A stretch of DNA of 64,000 nucleotides from Takakia lepidozioides. Taxonomy: Eukaryota; Plantae; Bryophyta. The first letter of the stretch is position 1; the number at the start of each line of letters is the position of its first letter. Under the pieces are notes generated by a model, which made no database searches, was not told the origin of the DNA, and was given only the letters and a program-made list of their open reading frames with translations. Position numbers and translations under genes: made by a program. The stretch spans positions 17,298,001-17,362,000 of the forward strand of contig CM060733.1 of assembly GCA_030704615.1 (NCBI GenBank), given 5' to 3'. Of the stretch, positions 1-12,707 are shown one piece after another.

Positions 1-510
1 GTCACGCACGTTTCTCGGCAAGGTTGTGAACATCTTGCTCCAACAAGAAATCATCGCGGGTCCATGCATCGCCCAAGCCGGTGTTGTTCATCACGTGCTC
101 TTTATGCTCCATCATGATTTGGGCGACCGACAGGCCTCGGCACAAACACTCGACGACCTAGGCTTTCAATTCCTCTCTAATGTGTGGTGCATAGGCGTGG
201 CGGGTGTTCCTAAACTCTGCGGACTTCCTATGCGAGGGTTTCCCTTGCGCATCTGTATGCTCTATGTTGTTGTAGTACGTGAGGACACAAATGTCAGGGG
301 CGAGATAGAATTGTTGGACCTTGAAACAACATTGGCAACCATGCTTGTAAGACTCTCCATACTCCGACTTCTTTCTCCTTGGGTCTTTATGAGGGCAAGA
401 TGTTCCAGCACCCACAAGATGTCCTCCACGCTTCTGTTTTGGATCCTCCACTATTGCCTTGTTGGTGCGCTTGTCATCAGGACCGTAGCAGCATTGATAC
501 CTGGACAGAA
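1..510 (-). pseudogene. 5' part of a SWIM-zinc-finger/Mutator-like transposase-related ORF, running off the window start
   Basis: Reads CCYGPDD...KHGCQCCFKVQQFYLAPDICVLTYYNNIEHTDAQGKPSH...APHIREELK, then past an in-frame stop VVECLCRGLSVAQIMMEHKEH...TRDDFLLEQDVHNL. This resembles, from memory, the N-terminal region of plant MULE-derived SWIM proteins (YWCSFGP..GC.C.F.VK..Y..H pattern). Confidence 0.6.
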
Positions 511-823
511 AATTCAAAAATCGATATCCAACGACTTGAGGAAGCATAAAATCAAAGAACTCGTGAAACAAAAAATTGAAGGGTCCTGGTTTGCTGTTTG
601 CAAACATTGTTGAAGAGGCCGTATAAGCGGGCTTTCCGTGATCAATATATCATCGGGTTTTGCTTCCACATCCATGCCCTATATAATACAAAGGACACGC
701 TTCTGAACATGCAAGAAACGCGCCGTAGTACCCAGGACACGATCGACAACGTGCCAGGAGAACAGTGCGCACGTACGCGGCTGCTGGCAAGTGGCAGGCG
801 GCAGGGATAAAGGTTTGAATTGT

Positions 824-1413
824 AGCCCTAAAAATGGAGGGCTCGGATGGGTTATGGGAATGGACGGTGGAGATCCTGCGTCGTCAGCGGTCTGGATGGC
901 AAGGGACTGGCCAGCACCGGACTGGCGGGCAGACTGGCGGACTGGCAGATTGCTGGGCAGCGAACTGGCAGACTGGAGGGCAGCGGACTCATGGGCGGGG
1001 GACTGGCCGCGTGGCGGACGGGGGCGCGGTTGCTGCAGCCGCGCCCGCGGCTGGGCGACTGTGCGCAGCGGCGGGCGCGGCAGAGGGAGCCAGGCGTCCG
1101 TACGCGGGGCCCACCGGCCACATCGCACGTGCCCATTGAAGACCCTATTATCTTAAAATGAGAGGCAAATCTAACTTACTTTGGATGTAAATCAATAGCA
1201 TTCTCTAGGGCTACGGCCCCGTTGTAGAAAAAGACAAAGGTGTTGGTGAGGGGCGCCGCAAAACTGGATCGCCCCTTGTGAAGGGACGTCTTTTTGCGCC
1301 CCTTCGCAACCGTGGGGGCGCCCTTTAAGAAATATTCTATTTCGACCAATAGCGCCTCGTTAATCTTGGGGGCAATTAGGGGGGCGTTTGTAGCTGCCTA
1401 TGGAGCCCGGCTC
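824..1413 (-). repeat. Terminal region of DNA-transposon-like element X (copy 1 of a repeat also at 9035-9917)
   Basis: 824-1166 is closely similar to 9035-9446. 1167-1381 is the reverse complement of about 9479-9704. Both copies end in GGGGGCGTTT...CC(T/C)ATGGA..CGGCTC. Confidence 0.85.
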
Positions 1414-1910
1414 TTGTGGTCGTGGGTGTGCATCACATATGTAGTGGGATGGATTCCGCCTAGCCTAAGATCCACTTCTGTTAGTTGCATGGACGAAAAG
1501 TGAGGTGGTTGTTGGAGAAGTTACTAACAGCCTAATTTGGGGTCTCTTACCTTGTCTCTAGATTAGACATAGACAAGACTGGAAGCTAATGTGTGAATGA
1601 GAGCGTTGGACCTATGTGACAAAGCCACCTAGCTCATATGATTAGCTTGTGTTTACCTATTTAATCTAAAGTCTTATGGGCATTTGCGTTGGAGCAGGAT
1701 ATTTTTGGTGCTAAATGAGTACTTGGATATGAAATTGATAATGTTGTGTTCAAAGATTTGATTGGATTATGGTTTGGCATGCTCTGCAATAGATTCTTCC
1801 TCTCAAGCCAAGCTTGCTTTACAAAGCTACAGTTCCCTAACGTGCCCACGGCTTTTAGAGGAAGGGAGCATATTCATTGGGCTGAAAAGTATGCATCACA
1901 AAGTCCCTGA

Positions 1911-2141
1911 TTTTTTTTGGGTTCAAAAAGGGAACTTGGGAGCGACAACCCACAATTCAGGCCCTTGAGGAGGGGGAAAAATTAACCCCATTTCAGATAA
2001 GCCATGGAGGCACATAGGACGATAACATCCAGACAGAAACGCCACGAACAATCCCCACAAGGGGCAGGGCAGTGGGTTTGAACCCCGAACCACCAAGGCG
2101 ACACATTGTGCACTTACCAGCTGAGCTACTAGCCGATGTGC
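1911..2141 (-). mobile_element. tRNA-derived SINE (about 231 bp)
   Basis: The minus strand has an A box TAGCTCAGCTGG and a B box GGTTCAAACCC in a tRNA-like head (about 2061-2135), then a unique body and an A8 tail (T-run 1911-1918). A candidate TSD CCCTGA lies at 1905-1910 and 2142-2147. Confidence 0.8.
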
Positions 2142-3022
2142 CCCTGAAAATACAAAGGGAAAAAAACCCGTAGGTTTTTACTTTTTACTTTTTTTCCCAT
2201 GACTTGCACTAAAGTGACCTTGTTTTTCCTTAAAAAACCAAAAGAACAGTTTAACCCTTAACTTCCTATGGAACCGTTTCGTGTTTCATAGAACATGATA
2301 TATTAATGTAACTTTTGCAGATCTTAATATTTTTAGGTCGTTTCTTCAGCAATAAATGACCTGACGACATGACGTCTCCAATTGGTAGCATGCCATTTGG
2401 AGAAAGTTTGCCACGTTTAGAAATTTTCAAAAACCGCAGGGTCAAATGTGCTCTTGCATGGAGGGGGGGCACGCAGACAAGAGCACAGAGCACACAGAGG
2501 GGGGGCACGCAAAGTTGACTGCTACGTGGCCATCTCTGATTGGACAACACTTCAGGCCACTGGGGGGTCAATTTTTACAATCTCTACCATTGGATGTGGG
2601 CATAATTTGGACCAGGGTGTAGGTGTGAAGAGAGTCACTCCCTCACCAGAGGGATTTGGAATTAAAGCAATATTTCATAGCATCTTGTGGAGGCCAAATC
2701 CCAAATTCTAAATCTTTGTAATGAAGGTAGTTTGAAAACCCCCCCAGAAACACATACAAAGCACCCCCATGCTAAACCTGACATTTGCCCCTCATTTTTT
2801 GCATGGACATGTCATTCCTACCACATTAGGAATGTGTGGAATAAACACTCCACAAAAATCTTAAAACCTCTCAAATTAGTTGGTCGAGGCTCAAAAACCA
2901 TGTTTTCAAAAACCGAAACAAAAATTTCATCCTCTCTAAAACCATATAATCTCCCACATTTCACGGTGAAACAAGTTCAGTTTTGGTGAGTGCATACAAG
3001 TGCCAGGTGCGCACCATTGTTG

Positions 3023-3540
3023 GGCAGTTCTTTACAAAAATTGAGAACCTACGGTTCCGGTTATATACTTAATTTGTTTTTTTAATAGCATGCGGTTCGG
3101 GTTATTTGAAATTTTACAAATTCTAATTACTTGTCGGTTATCAATAACATAATTTTCTCACCCTTTGCCGGTTATCAATAAATCTGGTTATTTCTTGAAT
3201 GATAACTGGCGGTTATATATACCGGTTCTCGATTGCTGATAACTAGGATAAAGACCATTGATCGCATTTAATTTAATAAATATTATATATATGGTGATAA
3301 TTTAAGTGAAAACGCCTGCTATAGGCCCACGCTCTATGTGGCCCGCATTTTAAGGCCTACACCTGCCCCCCTCCTCGCTTGATACCCCACGCCCTCAAAT
3401 AAATATAAATAATATATGTACATACATATAACCATATAACCGGCATTTTTATTTCCCTTAACCCCCTTATAAGGTTCTCTGTCCGGTTATTTATTATCTT
3501 ATAGACTACGGTTATCAATGTAACCCGGTTATCGGACCCT
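3023..3540. repeat. AT-rich MITE-like fragment with multiple (C)CGGTTA(T) subterminal motifs
   Basis: About ten CGGTTA/CGGTT/ACCGG motifs in 500 bp of AT-rich sequence. No matching second terminus found. Confidence 0.45.
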
Positions 3541-6500
3541 CTTTGACCTCCTCAGCATGGTCCACGACAGTCCGCTTCTTGGCTTTGCCTCTCCCCTGGG
3601 AAGCAGGGACAGCTGTAGGCGGGCTGGATAGAGCAGACAAACGCAGCGCTGCCGCCCTACTTCGCAACAGAGGTTGGTCAGCAGGTTTGTTTACACTTGC
3701 TGGACCTGTCTTTGCAGCTTCGTGGGTCGCATGCATAGAACTGACCCGCGCATTGGGTGGCGTGCTCCCCCCCACACCTTTCTTGTTGTCGATCCCACGT
3801 TTGCAGCATGGGCGGAAGATGTCATGTCCTAAGAAGTAGACAGTCTGCCGACGGAGGGACGAACATCCTGTGAGGATACCGAGCAAAATGACGAATTAGC
3901 CCAATTCCACGGGGAGCTAGATAAGAATGCTTTACCGGTGACCTAATGACGTCGTCAGTGAATGTGCCCGGGGGAAAAGTGGACTCGCTCAAAACACTCA
4001 TACTGGTAGATCCAAAAACATGTTGTTGGGAACTTAACAGAAATTTGTCCACAGGGTCCCGATGAGGCCAGTGCATCCGAGTCTATTGCACAATCCAGGG
4101 AACAGACTGGCTGTTAGTCTCCTAGACAGTCTGCTCGGCCATCTGCTGAGTGGTTTCGCCAGTGTGCTGCACAGTCTGCTGAGGGGCAATCTGCTGGCTG
4201 GATTCCTCGGTCTGCTGGACAGTCTACTGAGGGGCAGTCTGCTGGCCATGTTTGCTGGTCTGCTGCACAGTCGGCTGAGGGGCAGTCTGTTGGTCGGTCT
4301 GTTCTCCGGTCTGCTGCAAAGTCTGCAAAGTTCGCTGCCCGCTCAGTACTGTTTGCACATACTGAGTATGTGTGTGCGGGGCAGTCTGCTGGGAGTGGTC
4401 CGGCCTATTACCCGGGACGGTCTGGTGCACATGCTCGGTCTCCAGCACTTGGGCAGTCTGCCCACATGTGTCGTGGGGAATATGTTGTTGGACATTCTCG
4501 TGGCCAGTCTGCTGGACAGTCTCCCGAACTCCTTGTAAAGCCAGGACAAGGTCCCTTGCACCTCTGGCAAAAGAGTCGAAAGCAGCCTGCACTTGCTTGT
4601 CTCCCAGATCAACTCGCCCTGCAACACATGTTTCTGCAAATGTGAACTTCTAAAAAAGTTGGCAAAAGAAATGGAGCTGAAACACGAAAGTTGCCCAGAA
4701 CATTTTACCTTCCAAGAGATTTCCGACGAGGCCAATGTCCTTGATTTGCCGGCACAGGCATGCTCCATCGAGATGAGATATGGCGCCGATGCGGTCTTCA
4801 GTTGGGGTCCCACACCACAGGACTTTGAAGACATTGGGATTCTGCAAAACAATGTCGAATACTGCTCGCTCCATCACCAATGCAAACCACTGCAATGCGT
4901 CATCCACCACAAACTTCTGTGAATGGTCTGTTCTATGGAGTAAGTCCATCCTCAAAAGATCCTTCATCAACTTGCTGTACGAGCGGAAATTGCCAAATTG
5001 CATCCATCTGTGTTGTAGGAAGGAAGCTGCCATGCGCTCAAAGTCCTCCTCAGTCAATCCGAACAAGTGCTTTCTTTGCACCCCAAAGGTTGGATGTGCC
5101 ATAGGCATATGTCTGAGGTCTTCAGGCCGTGGGTCGTCCATGAGAATCAGCTGCACAAGTATTCGCGCGGCGCATTTTGGACGGTTGTGGCTTCAATGGC
5201 AACGGCAAAGGCGGCTTCCAGAACATGGTTGGCTTCCTCAATAGAAAACTCCATGGAATAATGAAATGGTACAAATGACCACCGGCGGTCCGCAACAATC
5301 CGGTGGAGCTCATTATGCCAATCCAAATGGGGATTAATTTCTCCCACCCTAAGCCGGGGAAGTGTGAGGTCTTCAGCTCCGGGTCGAATTACCGGTGATG
5401 GCGATCGCCAAACTGCAAAAAGCGTCGTGCTATGTGGGAGAAAGGCAGTCTGTTGGTCAGTCTGCTGGTCCGCAGTCTGTTGGATGACAGGTATTCCCAT
5501 TGGCATGGGCTGCATGATGGCCTCCTGGAGAGGAGTCTGCAGGATGACAGACTGCTCGTTGGGAGTCTGCTCCGTTGGAGTCTGCTGGATGACAGGCTGC
5601 TGAATGGGAGTCTGATGGATGGCAGACTCGGCTGTCCCAGACGCATTCCCCCCCCCCCCCCGTCGCGTCTTGAATATGTAATGCCGCTATAGCAACAGAT
5701 GACCCAGGATACTTAAATAATATGTACCCCCACACGCGGTCCACTTCCGCACGCACCGCAGTCGCTTGTAAAGGAGTATCATTGCTAGGTATCCGCCAAG
5801 CCTGAATGGCCCTACGAATAGAAACACGTTCATCCTAGTACACGGCAGAAAACTTGGACATCAGGAACATGGACATGGACTCTATATTCACCTCATGCAG
5901 CGGACTGGAGTCACAGACCAGCAGACTGACAGACGTAACGTGCATACGTAGGGTGGAGGCAACTAGTAGACTGTACCAGTGGACTGGACCAGCGGATTGA
6001 CAAACGGACTCGGTAAGTAATGCAGCGATATAAAACAGACTAACTGACGAGCGGAGTGAGCCAGCGGACTGAGGAGAGAACGCAGCGGACTGACCAGACT
6101 GAATAGGCAACGTGATCCCCATGATGGACTCAAACAGCACAGAGAACAGACTGGGCGGTCAGACTGACCATTACCTCCTCTACTTCTTCATCGTCATCTT
6201 CATCTTCAAAGCTGTTCAACCAATTCTGTTCCGCCGTCGGATGAATGTGCGTAGCAGACTTGACTGGGCAACTCTGTAGAAATAACAAAAGAAGTCTGGA
6301 TCCCCAATTGATGGGCACTCTGGTGGGAAAAGTCCAAAGTCAACGAGGCGCAATGTGCCAGGGCAGACTGGCCCTTTAGTGCTCTGTTGAGTTTTTGATT
6401 TTGACCCTAAACCTCTGGCATGGGTCGCGATATTTGTGTGAGTCTGTTGCCCAGTCTGGTTAGGCAAGTCAATGTCCACTGGACTTGTCACCCCTTCCAG

Positions 6501-9500
6501 GCCTTCGAAGTCATCATTCCGGATAATGGTTTGCCCGCCCTGAGCAAATTCACTTTCAGTATTAGTACTGATGGTGTGGGTCTGCCGCCCAGGACGGGGT
6601 TCAGTCTACTGCGTGGATTTTGCCCTTGCCTCGCAGACCTTGCAACCTTTTCCTTTTTTTGCCTCTCCTTTTTTTGGGCCCCATCACTCAGTTTACGTTT
6701 TCTGGCAGCGTTCGGCATTCCCTGCACTTGCAAATCCTCCATTGACGGGCCACCAGAATGGATGCCATACCGTGCGCGCACTTCGTCTAATTCCAAAGTG
6801 CGGGGGTCAAGCACTGATCCACGCATGTGCATTGTGGCCTCTTTGACAATCGACATTTCTTTCAGTATCGGCCAAGGCTTGAAATCCCGTGGAATCGTTG
6901 CAACAGTCTCCTTGCAACCCATGTCAACACAATGCCGATTTAGTTGGATTTTTGTCCTTGATAACCTCTTCACAGAAGGGACAGAAGAGCTTGTCCTTCT
7001 GCCAATTTGAGTTTTTGGGCTTCCGGGCACGGAGGTCTACAAATGCTTCCACTATTTTATGATCAAACTCCTCTGGTGAGTACCAGTACCTTCGCTCCTT
7101 CTTCAGTCTGGTTTGGTGCACAAAATCCACCTAGTCCGCTCCACCCTTTTCACAAGCATCCTCCATTGCTGTAGAATGAAACGAGGGTGCAAGGACAATG
7201 AGCGACAGACAGAAGTCCTATGAAAAGACTCACCCTAAGCAAGAAGAGGACACAAAATGGAATGGAAACACCGTAGCAAGTGAGAACCTCACCGAGCCGA
7301 TGAACTTCGAGTTGTTACGAAGGCGAGCGTGTTTGCGACGCTTCGTGGCTCACCCCGACTCTCCACACCTGGGGAAGAACGGCTGTCTTTCGTTCCGGTG
7401 ATGGAAACGCAAAGAGGAAAACAAAACAGTGTGAAAAAACAGGCACGAAGAGAATGGAGTCGACACAGGGAACATGAGAAGAAAGTAGAAGTAGAAGGGG
7501 GAAAGCGAGCTTGGCACTGCCAACGTGGCGCGATTTCACAGGTGCCAACTATCCGCCGTCATCGCATTGAATACATCCACCGAACGAACGCATCATACTA
7601 AATTCATCCACGGTCCTCGCACGTGCAGCAGATTCATTTCCCATCGGGCCGAGAGTCCACCGGACCGCCAGTCCAGCGGACTGTTCGCTTTGCTGAGGCG
7701 AAGCGGCTTCATATTGGAGGCACTTCCCTGCCAGCGGACACACTACAAAGAGACTGGCAGCAGAACAGACTGACAAAGTACTAGGCGAACAGACTGATAT
7801 CCATCGGGGGACGATTGTCGAGCACACCTCCAGTTCAGCAGACTGGTTTGCAAAGAAGCGGGCGGAATGAAGACAAAAGAGAGTAAGGGGAGAACAGGAA
7901 AGTCGAACACACCCATTGCGAACAGACTCGCGGCACAACAGACTGATGCATGCACAGTCCAGCAGACTGATATCCATAGAGAAGAACTGTCCAACAGACG
8001 GACGTTTCGCCAGACTGGCGGGAGAACAAGCCAAAAGACTGACCGGAGGGAAAATAAGAAGTCGAACAGACTTAGTGCAACAAACTTCTGACACAACAGA
8101 CTGACAAATTCACAAGTGCGACAGATTGATATCCCAACAGACAGACTGATATCCCAAACCGCCTCCAAACTGACTGTTATGCACGCGATAAGGGGAATAT
8201 CCGGAGCACTGACGAGCCAGTGGACCCACTGTGAACAGACTCGCACCACATCGGACCTCAAACATCCACGCGCATTTGCAGATGCAATTGTCTCAGCCTG
8301 GTCCGTCTCCTGGCAAATGCGACAATGTACCGATTCTGCACCTACTCCCGTCGTGGCTCAGACATCTGCATTCAGCAAGTGCGTGTGGATGTGGACCTTA
8401 GGACTGGATGGTGTTCCGTGACGACTCGAATTGTTTTTTTGTGCTGCCATCCCTTATATAATACCATGTGGATCCATCACAAAGCTGGGTTTCTTCAGAT
8501 TCTCCACCCTTTTCCACAACTTATGCACGACGGATGCAAGCCGCTATACTTGGTCACATAAACAGTCCCATCGTCCGATACGAAATCTGCAATACACGCC
8601 CTCATGTGCATACGCTTCCGCCATTTTCGCGCCCATGTTACCCATGGGTTCCTTTAATGAACTAAACTTGTGAAGGCTCTCATGAGGGATGCAGTACGAA
8701 GGGGCTAAACGTATCATGACGGATCACAAGCAGAGGACGTTATCGAGGACAGATGTCCGCATTTTCCATATTTATGACATAGAACCAAACCATAAAACGA
8801 AGGTTCCCGAAAGCACAACAAGAAGGCAAAAATAGTGGAAGCATATGCACGATGGTGGGTGTAGTGCCGAGACAGTCCTCTCATGTTCAAGCACACGCTT
8901 CATCATCATCATGAACATTGCACGCAAAAGAGGAACAGTCGCATGCATGGGAACGCCTACCGCAACATCGGACAACAAACAGCCGTCAAAAGAGAGCGGC
9001 CGGGATTTGGTGGCAAGATCATTGCCATTTTTGCAGCCCTAAAAATGGAGGGCTCCGATGGGTTATGGGAATGGACGGTGGAGATCCTGCGCCGTCAACG
9101 GACTGGATGGCAGCGGACTGGCGGGCAGACTGGCGAACTGGCAGACTGCTGGGCAGCGGACTCATGGGCGGGGGACTGGCCAACTGGCAGACTGCTGGGC
9201 AGCGGACTGGCTAGCAGCGGACTGGCAGACTGGAGGGCAGCGGACTCATGGGCGGGGGACTGACCGCGCGGCGGACGGGGGCGCGGGCGCGGTTGCTGCA
9301 GTCGCGCCTACGGCTGGGCGACCGTGCGCAGCGGCGGGCGAGGCGGGCGGGCGGGCGGGGCGGGCGGAGCCGGGCGTCCGTGCGCGGGGCCCACCGGCCA
9401 CATCGCACATGCCCATTGAAGACCCTATTATCTTAAAATGAGAGGCGTTAGATTTTAGGGGAGGGAATGATTTTTTACACCCCTAATCGCCCCCAAGATT

Positions 9501-9917
9501 AACGAGGCGTGTATTGGTCAAAAAAGAATATTCCCTTAGGGCCGCCCCACAGAATCGCCCCTTGTGAAGGGGCGCAAAAAAGACGTCCCTTCACAAGGGG
9601 CGATCCAGTTTCGCGGCGCCCCTAACCGACACATTTGTCTTTTCCTACAACGGGGCCGCAGCCTTAGAGAATGCTATTGATTTCCATCCAAAGTAAGTTA
9701 GATTTTAGGAGAATGACTGATTTTTGACATCTTCATCCAAAACTTATATTAATTGTCATTTAATATGTCATGGGCCCACATGGCAATTGGTGCCAAAATG
9801 TCTAGAGGGGTGAAGGGAAAGGTGTCCATGGAACCACCTTTCTCATTTTTAAGGGGCGATTCCCTCCTGGGGGGCTTGCTTGGGGGGGCGTTTAGGAGTG
9901 CCCATGGAACACGGCTC
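3541..9917 (-). mobile_element. Unclassified DNA-transposon-like element Y with decayed unknown ORFs and CAGACT-rich blocks
   Basis: The right end is shared with element X and ends GGCTC|TAA. Frameshifted minus-strand ORF pieces (e.g. 6488-7130 with FCPFC..RHC, 4650-5515, 3515-4076) lie between CAGACT/AGTCTG-rich low-complexity tracts. The left end was not identified. Confidence 0.55.
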
Positions 9918-10768
9918 TAAGTAGCCAGCTCTTGCGAGCTGAAGAGGACCAAGCCCAATACCTAAGCTACACCAATCCTAATACTATGCATCCGAGATGA
10001 GAGGCATGAAAAAACCTCGGTGGGAAAACCTTACTTTGCAATGTGAGTGAAGGACAAAACCCACCGGAGGAAAAACCCCAATCAATGTGATGTGTGTTAT
10101 CACAATCGACGCCCTTAAGTAATATACTGGTGGAGTAGTAAAATCAAAATCAAAATGTTGGCAGCTCCACTCTGCTAATATAGAAGACCACTGACATGGC
10201 CTAAAAACCCGAACAAACTACATGAAAGCTTACCTACACTCAAGACCACTTGGGGGTTAGAACCACACTCCTCTAAGTGCATGTCTTTGCATACACACTT
10301 TGTTTTCAGCTCTCTTCTGTGCATGATTTTAATTGGGCACTACTTAGCTCATACATTTGTTTTGTTGTTCATTGTTTTTCCTGCGCATCTTCTCTTTGTA
10401 GAACTATGTCGCTGCACGGTTTTGTTGCTCGTTAGGACAATTCCAAGTCCCTTCCATTCATGGTACATTAGGTTGCTTTCAATGTTGCTATGTTTCTTGT
10501 GATTATGGTAGTTTAGGTTTCAATGTTGATTTGAATGAGCTGTGCATGTTGGGAACTAAGGGCGGGGATACCTGGGCGCAAGTGGCTACATCGTGGGATG
10601 TTTGAGTGAATCATTTTTATTGTATTTGTCTGCACCACGCTACTCCCGACTTGGCTTGCACATCCACAAGGCCATAATTTCAGGTACGTGTTTAGACATC
10701 AAGTAGCCAAGGTCATTGGGTAGAGAAAGCGAAAGGAGGGTGACGTGACTGGATTTGCAGAAGCCATC

Positions 10769-11808
10769 TGTCGTGCGCATACGTATCGCTACACAACTAC
10801 ATCGTTGTCCAAACTACACCACACATATATGCACAATAAAGTAGTCTGCCACAATGATTGGAAACTAGATTCACACTGTTGACACAGAAACACTCAATAC
10901 AACACAATTACTCATTAAAACTAAGAGTCGGGCCAGGGGCACCCCAAGCTATGGGGACTCCACCCCACAACGTCTTATTCTCCCTTCATAAAGACACTCA
11001 GATTCTAAGCAGAGAAGGAGCTCGGTCGTGCAGGCTCAACTCGAGAGAGATGAGCCGCACGATTGACGCTCTCGTGAAGATAAGATGGTTCAGGTGTCAA
11101 GCTAAACTTGACACCTAACTTAACACTTGAACTAAATCCAAGTGTTAAATACAAATAACTAGATTTATTCTAGTTAGTTTCACACTGTGTTTATTTAACT
11201 TGACAGTTGTCGTGCGCATACGTATCGCTACACAACTACATTGCTGTCCAAACTACACCACACATATATGCACAATAAAGTAGTCTGCCACAATCGCCCC
11301 CCTAGTTGGTGGATAGGTCCCTCTCACTCCAGATAGCTACAAGATGTAATAGCCACAGCCGTACTAAGTCCTCTATCATTGTCCCTATTGTACTCAAACT
11401 CTATAGACCAAGAGACCGGGTACAAGAGTAGCCCCATCGTTAGTCGCCGTCTTGCAATCTGTGAACTTGAGCTAGGATCTCGTGTGTTCAAGGTCTCCTA
11501 GTAGCTTGGCCTTGCATTTCTTGTTAGCCTTCCATGGTTGTATCCACTACCACTATCCAATGCAATGCGGACATAACCGATCCCCATCAGGAACCATCTC
11601 AAGAGGTGGAGTCAAGCATCTCATATGCCAACCTCTAGAGCATTGATCACACACCAGCATGGTGGCTGCCCCTCCAGCAGACCCACACAACATGCACCTC
11701 AAACTTGCAGGTACCACTGCCAGGTTTGGGTCAACCTTTCCATCAACATTTGGAAGGTGACATGGGCGCAATTACGCACATGGTCCTTCCAAATCATGCC
11801 ATCCCGAC
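10769..11808 (-). mobile_element. 3' end of a Ty3/gypsy element whose pol ends in a PHD finger (element A), with PPT and 3' LTR
   Basis: The minus strand encodes RDGMIWKDHVRNCA / PCHLPNVDG...CMLCG...CDQCSRGWHMRCL...CPHC (C4HC3 PHD finger, 11553-11808). PPT-like TAGGGGGGCGAT immediately precedes TG at 11292. An 85-bp direct repeat occurs at 10769-10853 and 11208-11292. Confidence 0.8.
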
Positions 11809-12707
11809 TGTGTGGGAACAACATCTGCAGAGGGAACGTGTTACTTCAGGGATGACGGTTAGTTAGTTAGGTGGTTAGAACAGCTTGCGGGTAGATTAGG
11901 CAGGGCGGCAACATGAAGATGATCACTTCTTGGGGAGAGCGACTTGGTCAGAGGGAGAGGAGATGAAGCGGAGAGCGGGAAACGGCGAAGATGGGAAGAT
12001 GACTTGATCGATGCTTAATTCATGCAAGCTGCAGAATCATACAGTAGGGCAGATTAGGGACACCATGGCATTGACCTGATACTTGATAAATCTTAATCTG
12101 ATACTTATTCGATACAATCACACTGTGTAGAGAGACATGAGTGAAGATCTGGAATGAATGGATGAGTGAATGGAACGTGGTAGTTACTGAAGCAATCGGA
12201 TGCTTCAGTATACACAGTAAGATAATTTGCTAACATAAAGGCAAGAAGAAATACAAATAGGAAGCACGACCATGATTCACTAGCTGTAGGTCATGACTAA
12301 TTGTTCTGAGCGGGCTGAGTGCTTAGAGATATCCAACTCTTCTATCTTGGAGTTTCCCCCTTGGATATCGAAGGGATGGGTGAGTAAAAGCCGCTCGACA
12401 TTTGGCGACCATACTGGGGAACTGGGTCATGAACAACCAGATGTGACAGGCATCTGGTGGGATCATGGTGGTTGGAGAATTAAAGAATTTGATGTGAATC
12501 AAATTCCCTGTGGAACTGAGAATGAAAGATTGTCCAAACAATTCTTTCAGAGGTTCCTGGAATTGCCAGACGGTTGTAAAGAAAACATTCTTAAGAGAGT
12601 GCATGATGCTGACCCTGAGTGGGGTCTGGAGAAAGGAGTGATAAAGATTTATCAGGTGGCCTGTAGAGGAAGATCACGTTGGTTACCAACACTGGTTTAT
12701 GTGATAG

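Noticed and set aside
679-1161. Overlapping ORFs in several frames (also 8883-9441)
   Set aside because: These arise from a GC-rich motif repeat with few stop codons and show no domain signature.
2061-2135. Functional tRNA gene
   Set aside because: The acceptor and anticodon stems pair poorly, and it is followed by a body, A-tail and TSD, so it is a SINE head.
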